NCBI RefSeq assembly: GCF_000150275.1
Contig: NW_002060960.1
Location: 248,001 to 312,000 of the forward strand
DNA: 64,000 nt
DNA from: Trichoplax adhaerens
Taxonomy: Eukaryota > Animalia > Placozoa
Direction: 5' to 3'
Shown here: positions 24,469 to 35,943 of the stretch, piece after piece
Layout of the letters: each line of letters opens with the position of its first letter
Numbering within the stretch: the stretch's first letter is position 1
Made by a program: the position numbers and the translations under genes
Notes under the pieces: generated by a model
The model's database searches: none
Told to the model about the DNA's origin: nothing
Seen by the model: only the letters and a program-made list of their open reading frames with translations

Positions 24469-27400
24469 TATTTAATTCCAATATAGCTTGCAAACCCACC
24501 TACCAATATAGACGGTTTAGATATCGGAAGATATCGATAGATTCCGGTGTAATTCAACAGCATTTAAATTTTACAGCTAGGCAACTACGTAGGTTATGAA
24601 TCAATTTATATTACATCTAATAGATAAAAATCCAGAAAGAATGAACTGTATAATTAATCTAATCTCTGTAAGGTCAATTTCGAACACCCACATTGGCCAT
24701 TTTACCATAACTGCAATCCAACTCAGTTTAGCTTCTTATCGTATTTATAAGTATTGACAATTTAGAAGGAAAAGAGATCAACGCATACAGGTATACTTTA
24801 TTGCTATTAAAACTTCATAACTAGTCCAATTGCCAAAGATATTTATATTACGATCTGGATAGTAAAAATGCCATAAAATAAATTAATTGAAATAGTAAAT
24901 AAAAATTCTTAAAATTGGTAATGAACATCCATTTTAGCCAACTTTCCGTGGCTAAAATTCTGTCGGGATTTCAGTCTAGCGCTTTCTACTAAACAGCGGT
25001 TAGGAAACAGTAGAAAAATATTAAAATTATTAATAATAATTTCTTTAATTTAATACAACTTCTACTTCGCCCTGCCAATTTACCATAAAATTTCAACTCG
25101 GAATACAGATAGCCAAGACAGAGACAATTAGGCTTATGGGCGAATATCTATCGCTGGAAGGCCATAACTGATAAAATCCAAGATTGAGAGCTCTTAACTG
25201 ATGTCAATATTTTTTAGTTGCATCATGTAAAAATTGTCTTTGTTACTATTGATTTTATTTTTTAAGGAAATATTGATCATTAAAATAATTTACGCATGTA
25301 AAGTTATCGCATTAAAACTAGATTCCTTTTGATTTTGAATATCGACTTTATGCATCGATTAACTAAAGAAACAACGCTAAACCGACATTTATATTTATGA
25401 ATCAAAGCTGTTCCGGTGGTAGATTAACGGCAAATTATATTTTATGATTGGTAGAAATTTCAAATCAATGTATAAAGAACTGTTTAGGGCCTAAGTATAA
25501 CTGCATTTACAATTTTCAAAGTCAATAGATGACAAAGATGAAAGTATGACTAATGTGTTAGAATAGCAAAACATCACATTCGATGATATTATTCGTCTTG
25601 GTGGTGTTATTAAATAATACGATAATTTCAGCCAGTAATAGTGACTATTCCAACTTCCGAATATTTATATTGTCGATGAATCCTGATCAGCATCAACTTA
25701 ATTTCATTGTAAGGGCCGCATCATGCCTGAAATGTGGAATCATAAATATTACGTAGCTCAAATCGGAATAGGAATAATATGCTAATCAAACTTAGCAAGA
25801 TAGAAAGATGGTAATAGTTGAATTAGAATCTTGCATATTGAGTCGATTAACATCGCATCATTTAGAAGTGCTATCGTGAATGAAAGCCAAATACTGGCAA
25901 GATGTATAGAATGCTAGAATCAGAACGACAGTGCCAACCTAGATATTATTGTATCGTCTATAATGAATATTAATTATTGTTTTCCTGTAATCTTAGTCAG
26001 GAATGGATGAAAGATGGCAATCAGTCTAATAGGCTAAAATCATTAATTATTGAGTTAAGTAGCATCATTTTATCATTTGATTATGGATAATTGTCTAAAA
26101 TTATTTTAACTAGCAAGATATGAAGATTGTTCCAGGCTTAAAGTGCTAAAATGATAAGCCTTGATTTTATCGACTGTTGCCACTAGAATAGTTATTGTAC
26201 TAACATGGATGAATAGTAATGCAAAGAAAATTAGTTGAAAAAAGCTTAAATGTTTTAAAAATTAACAACTAAGTAACGCTGAATTATTAGTACGAGAAAT
26301 AAATAAGCGGTTTGTAATGTCTTGTCTCAATTAGGAAATACACGAAGGGCTATGACATTTCCTTAAGCTATTTATAATAGCAAAAACCATATCTTAATTT
26401 CAGTAGATGTAAATTTCTGAGTAGTATGATATCCAATAAAGCAACTAATGATTCTATTTTGATCAAGCTACGAGTACTAAGAAATGATAAAGATCGTGCA
26501 GAAGCAACTCTAATCTTGATCAATCTATCACTAACTATTATCTTATTAATTTTATCGTTCAATTAATAATAAATTAAAATACAGTTTATGGTGCGATCCA
26601 TTGCATAATAATGACTGTAATTCTCTACATGATGCCAAAGCCTTAATTTCTAGTAAACATCCAAAAATTTGTGAGATGGAATTCAATGTACAAATAGTAA
26701 GAGGGTATAAAAAGCAATTTTACGAAAGTAATGGCGTGCAGGCATCATAATGTAGATTTTTCCAGCTAGCAATTACGAGAATAGAGAAAATAGATGTATT
26801 ATGATAGCCCTATAAAGATACTATTTATTTATATTTACTTAGACTTGGATCTAGGAGCAACCCTGGCCATTTATATTCATAAATTAACTGTGGCAATATT
26901 TATTATTGCCAAGATGTAAAAATTGCATGCTAAACATTCTAAAAATGTTTATGTTCATCAATCTCAATTAATCATAGCGTTTAATATTCTGCTTATAAGG
27001 TTTTACACCGAATAATGCATTATGCATCAAATCAATCTCAAATAATTCATTTGTTTCTATAAAGGATTTTCATCGTTCTCATATAAAATCCTGCTTTTAA
27101 TTTGCCTAATTCGATAGCTTATTGAACACCTACTTACCAATAAAGTTACCAAAAATTAGACATAAGCGCCATTAAAATCGTTCGATTTGAAGATTAACTT
27201 TTTTGATCAACTCAAAACCTCTAGTAATAAGTATTTATTATGCATGTTATACCTACGTAATATTTAATATTCTGCAGATAGAAATTTAAAGTAAACACTG
27301 AAGGTTTCGCGTCCTTCATTTGTTCATTACTGAATTCAGACGCTCATGAAATGTGATTTAATTAATACCAACTATGAATAAATAAAGTTGCGATCTATAT

Positions 27401-29375
27401 TTAGATTAACTTACTGTAAGCCTATGTTCACTCCAATTGTAAATTATGATAGAGTTTAAATATAGATTCAAAGAGAATGTTGGTGTAGATGCCTTTTTAT
27501 TGTAGCGTTATTCATATACCAATTAACCAATTAATGTGTTCGTCATATACTCTTATTAACGCGGTAATACTTTTAAATCATACCCTATGTGTGATCTTTA
27601 AGATGCAATGATTAGAGACAAATAACATTATCAATCCTTTTAAAACAGTATTTTTACAGTATGGATATGCCAAGATTTTAGATTGAATTGAAAATGGAGA
27701 GGAGCGAGTAATTTGTTCGCTTGTTATGCTTTCTTTACTCGCGATCCTTTACTTCCAATAACTCGAGACTAATAGAATCAGCAACACTGTTTCTCAGCTA
27801 GTCGGCGAATCAAGTTAATTTCAAGTACTTTACCGAACAATCTTAATAGAGGGTAAGCTATAATATCTCTACGGGAGATCACTAACCAGGCATTGCCATA
27901 TTTTTAAATAGTACATATAACCACACTTCGTTTAATGAAAGCTGGCGATGATGTAATGGAAAAGATCGAAATTTAAACAAATAAAAATTTTATAATATTC
28001 CGACCAAGGGCAAGACAGATGAAATTTTGTTGACAATCATAACTCATTTTGATACTGATTTGAAAGGAATGTCCCATAAAAAAGGGTGCACGAAAATTAA
28101 TGCGGATTAGAGATTCCCCTGTATTCGGACTATTATACTTTGATTTATCGGATTCAAGACAAATGAAATTGCTAAAACGGATGCATATACTACATAAATT
28201 AAAGTTGGAAATTAGGTGAAATTTATTTAATAGCTTTACTAATACTTCTATCAAAAGTGATACCAATACTGACGGATGTAAAAAGTGAATGTTTGGTGTG
28301 TTCAACGTCAACCTTTAATAAAAATATTTTGTAATTGAAGGTATTTTTTACCTGGGAACTAATTATAACCAATTAAATGATCTGCTTTTAATCACAACAG
28401 TGGGTAAATATAGGGAAAGTAAATATACATACAGCATTAATAGAGTTACAGTAGATCAGGAATTAATACGTTTATTTACTAAAAACAAGTAGTCCCGTAC
28501 CGTTTATCGCGGCTCAGCCGAAAAGTATATAAGCAATACCTGCGAGTTGATCAGATCATCTCTAATCCGTTCCAAAAATTCAACCTCTACTCCACTGAAA
28601 ATACTCGTAAGTACTTATTCGTGTTCTATTTAGTTTTATTTTTAAGTACAGAATGATATTCTTGTCAGGAATAGGTTGCAGTTTTGCTAGTTTTTGATAA
28701 ATCCGACGTTGCATTTCATACCTACTTTAAACGAGATTGAACTTTTACATATGATGAAACTGTCTTACGCATACCATGAAACATTAGTAAAATTTCGATG
28801 CGGTTCTTCAATTGAAGATGAACACCTCGTCTTGACTACCTAGCTGTACGAGCCCATTTTATCTCAGATTTACTATTGACACAGATGATTTTATTTGCTT
28901 ATGACTTTAAACCCAATTCCAGTAATAAGTAGTGGAGGCTAACAGTCCTAATGACGGTTCTATAGATTATACTGTAGTATTTTTCTCTTTAATTCAGCGT
29001 AACTTTTTACCTTAAGGGTAAATGTTTTCAAAATAGATATCTACAGTGTTCTATAATTGATTAGATGATTATTTTTTGGTATGCGAGTCATATTGCCTGC
29101 TGTATCTGTCGTATACTGTAGATTTATATTGCTTTATTTCTCTGAATATAAAACAGCATTATACGCCTATGTTACACTGTAGAAGAAAATAAAGTTATCC
29201 ATTTGAATTTATAATGGCGTCAATTAATTTATATATTATGATACACTACTATAAATCATTTTTGAATTGGCCACCGTGGACATGAGATGTTAAACCAGAA
29301 TCGATGTAATCTTTTCATAATGATTTCATGATACTATATTAAATCTCAATTTTTGGAAATATGTAGGAAATAATC

Positions 29376-31166
29376 ATGCCTTCTGATGCTGGTAACGGAC
29401 CTGCTAGCACCGTGTATAATTTGAATTGTGATGAAATCGATTGCGCTGAAATAATTAAGTACTTTAAGTTACAGGCTAGCGATAAAGGATATTTGATAGT
29501 ATTACCCGACAAGAGTAATAAAGGCGATAACACATTGAAGACCATGTATGTTGAAGATCATCTTGTAGGCAAAAGTAAGTTAATATTGTCCAATCGATCG
29601 CTTTAGTATTGCTTCAATATTCATGAAGTACGAGCAAAATTGAACCAGTTTCAAAATAAAAGCAAATTGCAACAGCAAGTTAACATTATATAGTCTATGA
29701 TGATACAGTCGCGTTCTTTAAAGTAAGTAAATTAAATGCTATCTTGCCCAAAATTTTTTGCAAATGGAATTGCCAGCAGTTCGGTGCAAAGTCACTTTAT
29801 TTTTAAGCTTTGCACGTTCATAGAACTTGCTAATAAGCTGAAATTGGATATAGCGTGACTGCTATAAGTCAATGAGAGCACCTAATCAAATTTGAGCTTC
29901 ATGTTCATATTCTAAATGTACATATATACACTAAGCCAGAATTATTTCGATAATCAGTTTACAAATAAAAATGTCATATCATTCTTATTCATTTATAGAA
30001 TGATGGCACATTTTAATTTTGTTCAATTGCAGTGAAAAGGAATATGGCTTAGTCGACGACGATCTGCAATAGATTTTAATTTAATTTTTAAACGTTGAAA
30101 ATTAATCAGCATCATTTCGGAAAACACATAGGAATTTTCATTTTAGTACTCGGCCATACTTTATATCAATGCAGACTATAACTGACGCTATATCACCTAG
30201 TGTTGTTGTTGACACAGTGTTCAGGCTTTCCAAGCTAATGTGAACAGGGTGTCATTTATTAAAAGTAATTTCCTTATTTATGATTTTACAGGCACAGATC
30301 TAAGCTTATAATTCATTTAATTATAATTATTTATTTTGTTGCCGCTAGGTACATTTGAAATTCTATCTGTAAACATTCCTGCACCTACAGAAGACGGCCC
30401 CAAGTGCTGTTCAGATAATAGCTGTAGAAAGCGTTCAGCAATAAATCGCTTAGCTTACAAAATTGACGACAAAATATATTTTCTAGCTGGCGAAGAGGTA
30501 ACTGCACCTCAAGGAAATTGCTTCAAAATAGACGGTCGAAGTTATGTTAATTTGGTATTTGTGGTAAGTTTTCTGGTGGTGTGTTGTAAATGATGTATCA
30601 AATACAGTGTCGCCACTTATTTTCCACAGTAGACACTTTATAGAGAAAAGTTTCACAGTTTATTTTCCTTCTCTGAATACGCGGTTATGTCCTCCCTTTA
30701 GGACAAAGATGAATACGATAAAATTATCAAGTTAAAGGGATACATTGCTTTGCATGTCGTGAAAGCGAATTCGGGCAATAGGGACATTAGATTTCGCGCT
30801 GAACCATTCTGCGAAAGTAAGGAAGCCAAAAACAAGTTCCTTAATGCCACGCAACATAAGCCAATGAATACAGCATCGAATAACGAGAACGGAGACTATT
30901 CTGCTGTACAAGTGCATGTTTATCACACCATTGACCAAGCCGAATGTACAGAGCGCGACAGTTTACCAAATAATACTAATTTTCGAAAAATTTGTGTAGC
31001 TAATAAAAAGGAAAATAAGGATCATAGTCGCTCAACTCCAGCGAATAATTCAGAAAATGATACTCTTGATTCCGAAGCAAAAGATCCTCCAAACTCTTTC
31101 TCATCAAAAGAAATAGGTGGTAAGTTTTCAGGAGATGAGAATGGTCCATATTTGCGTAGCACTTAG
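29376..31166 (+). CDS. IL-1-family-like beta-trefoil protein B (292 aa, no signal peptide)
   Basis: Exons 29376-29574, 30349-30563, 30702-31166; 879 nt open, same intron positions and phases as gene A. Shared blocks DEIDC, YFKL.A.DKGYL.VLP, LKTM.V, YFLAG, YVNLVFVDKD.YDK, FR.EPF, KNKFL, VH.YHTI, F..ICV, D.LDS. Confidence 0.7.
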
Positions 31167-31629
31167 TTGCATCCAGCTCTGCTTTGAAAATAATGTAAGC
31201 TTGACCTCTTTTTCAAAAAATAGAATTGCAGGGATAGCATAACGTAGTTTGATTTCTTCACTAACTACAATTGGCATACTAATTAGACTATCTGTGTACA
31301 TTATTAAACGGCTTTGATTGTACACTTGCTTGTTATTGAGTAGCGTAGAAAAAAAAAGCCACACTGTGGTGCAATTCTTGTTCTATTAGCGTATGTTAAA
31401 TGATTTATATGTAAGGACAAGCAGAATAGACTTATTCGAGTGTGCTGAATAACCTCAATAAAATTGGCTCTTATCAACCAATTGTATTTATTAATCTGTG
31501 TTACTGCAACGATATGAAGGATTAGGATTTTTGATGGAGGGTTCAACAGATCGGTAAGGCTAGGTTTCATAGTCATTTATAGACGTATCACCACTTGAAG
31601 TAAGAAAGTGCGTTCTTGTTTTATTATCT

Positions 31630-32068
31630 AGTAGAAATGGTATCGTGTAATAACAATGATCTCGCCAATACTGTCTTAGTCAAATGGAGCTTTCTAAAAG
31701 GCTTTTATTGCAAGGTTTTAGGAATAGTAGAGCAATAATTCATTAGTACAAGAAACTAGTCTAAAATCTAAAATCCAGTAGAAATGGCATCGTATAATAA
31801 GGCTGATCTCTCCAATACTGTTTTAGTCAAATGGAATTTTCAGAAGGGCTTTTATTACAAGGTTTTAGCAATAGTAGAGCATAATGAAGTACTACAAGAA
31901 ACTAGTCTAAAATCTAAAATCTAATAGAAATGGCATCGTATAATAAAAATAATTTCACCAATATTGTCCTAGTCAAATGGAATTTTCTAAAAGGCTTTTA
32001 TTACAAGGTTTTAGGAATAGTAGAGCAATAATTCATTAGTATAAGAAACTAGTCTAAAATCTAAAATA
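31630..32068. repeat. Tandem repeat, 3 x ~147 bp
   Basis: AGTAGAAATGGCATCGTATAATAA...TAGTCAAATGGA...AAGAAACTAGTCTAAAATCTAAAAT at ~31630, 31777, 31923. Confidence 0.9.
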
Positions 32069-33884
32069 TTCCCAGCTGAAAGTGAAGTGAAGTCCATCGC
32101 TAATATCTGTCTATCTCCACAGTTCTTAAATACATTTCGTTCAATCCATTGATGACAGCATAATGAGGTACAATTTGACTTTAGTCATCAAACTGAATAC
32201 ATTTCTTCAAATAGATCATCATTCACTTCTATAATCCAAATCATGCTACAAAGGGAAACCATCGAACCGAACTTTCTCAGGTCTAATTCTACTTAAGATG
32301 GTACTCTCTTCTATCAATGTCCTACACCTTTTGGTACTAACAGCGTGACACACGGACATTCGCATTAATGTGATTTGATTTTTAGTTTATTTAAGTTTAT
32401 TATCGGGCTATTTTAAATATTTGCTTAGTCCTCCCCTATTTTGGTAAATAGTTATAATCAATCAATGCAGTATCCTAATGAAGACGATACGGAGACCAAT
32501 TTCCAAGCCTAGTGTTCAATTATGACTTGCGTTCTTTGCATAGATCACTACACTAGATTTGAGCAGTATACCGACATAACAACGAACATCATCCATTTTA
32601 TCTTAATAGAGATTTTTAACTATAGCTTGAAACTCGATTAGCCCGTAATGAAAACTACAAATCCCTTTTCCTTTGATCCTTACAATTCAACAAGGCGGTT
32701 ATCGTATAAAGATTGGAAGAATATAACGAGCATATTATCTAGCTGCAAAATTTGTCCACATATCCTATTTGTATTATATATTACTATAATTACCGGCTAC
32801 TATCTCATCACCATTTGTAAGCAAAGATATAAAGTGATGTACAAGAGAATTTTCAATGATTTTTGAATGGCAAGTTCATTGAAAGTGATGAGTGAGCCAT
32901 TAATATAAATGAAAATCAAAGCTTGAAGTATTTCTATTCCAATAGAAAGATCGATCAGTTTAATACAGAGATTATCCGAAGTTAAGATCATAGGTAGAGT
33001 TCGATTCAAGTTTCTTTCTCATCAGAATTCTAGCCTTAATTTTCAGTATCGAAATTGATTTATTGCTATCATAGCTTAGTAAGAAATCTTGGCGCCCATC
33101 GTTTCTACTGTCACTGATACTCGTATGTATATAACAACTACAATCAGTATTTATTGACAAGGCTGAGCTCTATCCAAGTATTAAGTTTTGTAGGAAGATA
33201 TTTATCGTTCATCTTGTCTTCAGTTGTATTGATTGAGCCAAAGACCATCATCGTTGGCCTTTATTTATTAGTAGAATTCATAGAATGGAGTAGAAATACA
33301 GTCGATTAGTGATAGCTCATTTAGGAGGGTGGATCAATGCATGCAGCGATAGATTTTACTATAATGACAATTCCACGAAAGGAATGATTTCATGAATTAT
33401 TTATTAGTCAAGCTAATTTATTGTAAATTACGATTCGTATCAAGCCATAGTGCTTTTTTAAAACTGTCTATTCATGGTATTTAGCAGTTGTAAGGTTGTT
33501 GTTGTTCTCTATATGCAATCCTTTTCGAAGCGTTGTTGACTTTTGCATGCAAAAATGACTTCCCTACTCGTATATCCGAACTGATCCGTGCATAAATAAA
33601 TCTATTTTATGTTCACATTTGGACGGATCGTTGAATCACTGTTGATCTTTCTGGATTGATGTTCTTATTCCTATCATTACTGTACGTATTTACCAATCAA
33701 GACCGAAACATGCTTAATCTCGTTGTACTTTTGGGGGGACAATGTTGACAAGGTGTCCATTTGAGGTTAATCATGGATGATAGATTACTGTATGAAACAA
33801 GCAATCGAGTAGTTTATATCATGACATTCCCGTGTTACTCTGGGACTACTCAACAATCATTTTATCTTTTTCCCTCTCTTCTTG

Positions 33885-34350
33885 ACCAGGGAAACGAATG
33901 GTGAAGTAGTCCCTGATTTGGCAAATGGATTCATGCCATGTACGCCATTAATTAAGCCTCAGGGCGAAATGCTTTGCCTGATGTGTGGTGGCCAGTCTTG
34001 CCCGGGGATCCCATGATGGGTACAGTATCTCTAAAAAAAGCTCTGGGCGGGGGATGGGGTCCGCCACCCTACGGGTGTTAAAATACACGAATCACAGGGA
34101 TCAAACTAGAGAAAAGCTGAGGCCCCGTTACCCCAGGGGGGAAACAAATCCTAACATGTCATACAAGTACTGGACGACATGTTTACTGTAGGGATGAAAA
34201 GGTCAGAATTGGAGCGTATGACGCTCAACCGTACCGATGCAGACCAGATGAGACCAGGCGATGAAAATGTGGAAAGTGTACTGAAGTGGTGAACAGGCGT
34301 AACTGTGGTTGATTTTCCTGAAATACGCGTACACCGTACAGTGGCCAAGC
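33885..34350. ncRNA. GC-rich, highly self-complementary island; candidate structured ncRNA (class unassigned)
   Basis: Many stems seen directly: CAGGGA/TCCCTG, GCCTCAG(33956)/CTGAGGC(34116), GGCGG/CCGCC, CACC-C(TACG)G-GTG, ACATGTC/GACATGT, GAGCGT/ACGCTC. No convincing ORF. Confidence 0.35.
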
Positions 34351-34469
34351 ATGTTTATTTTCTCTTTAGCTCTTTCGATAGAGAAAAAGGGAAAATGTAA
34401 CATGGAGTTCGAGGGCTGAATTTTCCGTCGATATTGTCTATGTAAGAATAGTTAGGGCAGACCGTTGTA

Positions 34470-35560
34470 ATTTCTACTGTATACTGTATAATTGTATCAC
34501 CTATACTGTACTTTGCCATTTCCAAATCGAAAGGATTAGTATACTGTACTGTACAGTAGACGTCATAGACAGTCCGGGTCAGTCCCCTACTCCGTCTACT
34601 CTACAGTACTGTATACTGTAGAACATGGTACTGTGCACTGTACAGGACAGTCAAAATACCGTCGATGGACGGTACAGTACAACTGGCCCTTCAACTTTCA
34701 ACCATTGACGTGCATTGTATGACTTGACCGAGATGCTGTTGTCCCTTTTGGGTCACTCTACTATCCGCACGCCTTCCATATAGAAGATAGTAATCATAAT
34801 GAATTCATCATGAATCATCGAGTTGAGTTGTTTTGACCGGCAAGAGAGAAAAAAAAGAAGAAGAAGCCTTTCCATCCATACTGTAGCAGTGGAATGGAAT
34901 GCAACTTGCTCACTCAGTAAAAATACCGTAGATTGACAGTGCAGTGTACTGTACGTACAGTGTACAGTACTGTAGTCCATGGAGTAAAGTACTGTACTGT
35001 ACACTGTACAGTACAGTACCATGATTGAAAAGCCGTTTTTGTTTACAGTACAGTACAGTACAGTACTGGACTTGAACTGGACTGGAGTGAACTGCAACTG
35101 GCCCGTACTGAATTGCAAATGGCCCGTACTGAATTGCAAATGGCCCTTCAACTTTCAACCATTGACGCCCATTGGTATGACTTGATCGAGACGCTGTTGT
35201 CCCTTGTGGGTCACCCTACACTACAGTACTGTACAGTGCTCTACAGTACAGTACTGTACTGTAGCATGGTTGGAATGTCGTTTTTGTTTACTGTACTGTA
35301 CAGTACTGTACACTCTGTACTGTACTGAACTGCAACTGGCCCTTCAACTTTCAACCGTTGACGCCCATTGGTATGACTTGATCGAGATGCTGTTGTCCCT
35401 TGTGGGTCACCCTACTATCCACACACCTTCCATACAAGATAATATTAATAATTAATTGAATAATGAATCATCGGGTTGAGTTGTTTTGACCGGCAAGAGA
35501 AAAAAAGAAGAAGAAGAAGAAGAAGCCTTTCCGTCCGTAGCAGTGGAATGGAATCCAACT
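34470..35560. repeat. TACAG/CTGTA-rich low-complexity region with 3 copies of an ~80-bp element, upstream of SPOP
   Basis: CAACTGGCCCTTCAACTTTCAACCATTGACG...GGGTCAC at ~34680, 35138, 35334. 34680-34910 also recurs at 35334-35560. Dense ACTGT/ACAGT pentamers in between. Confidence 0.8.
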
Positions 35561-35943
35561 TACTTGATTAATCCATTTTCTACATGATTTTCAGGATATC
35601 GGGGTTGATTAACATTTGAATTCGTCTACCAGTTGGGTAAGGAGTTGATGCTAGATAGCCAAGTAGTCGTTGTCATTGATGGATGATTGATCGTTGTCGA
35701 GAGTGGAGACATGAACTTGCAAGTTGATTTCAATCACTGGGCAAGTTCATGCAAGTCAAGAGTTGAACAACGCTTGCCAACTTTTGGCTAATATAAATGC
35801 GTTGCTCATGATTGCATTGGACATTCTTCACTGGTCTTGCAATCATCGTTTTGACGCCTATCAACAATCCTTGACTTGTATGCTTCTGCAACATTTTGTA
35901 ATACAATCAATTTATTGATAGTCTTTCGAGATTTCAATCATCG

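Larger units (their letters stand above)
24220..31650. repeat. Segmental tandem duplication, unit 2 (~7.4 kb)
   Basis: Diverged direct copy of 15680-24130. It begins inside MADF exon 2 and ends where the 147-bp tandem array starts. Confidence 0.9.

Noticed and set aside
33827-33851. Minus-strand GTAGTCCCAG...CGGGA resembling the SRP RNA Alu domain
   Set aside because: No GCCGGG 5' end and no SRP S-domain (helix 8 GNRA motif) at the expected distance.
34753-35455. Cys/Tyr/Thr-rich ORFs (YSTVLYC...) here and at 42236-42839 and 56409-56657
   Set aside because: Translation artefacts of TACAG/CTGTA pentamer arrays, open in several frames on both strands.
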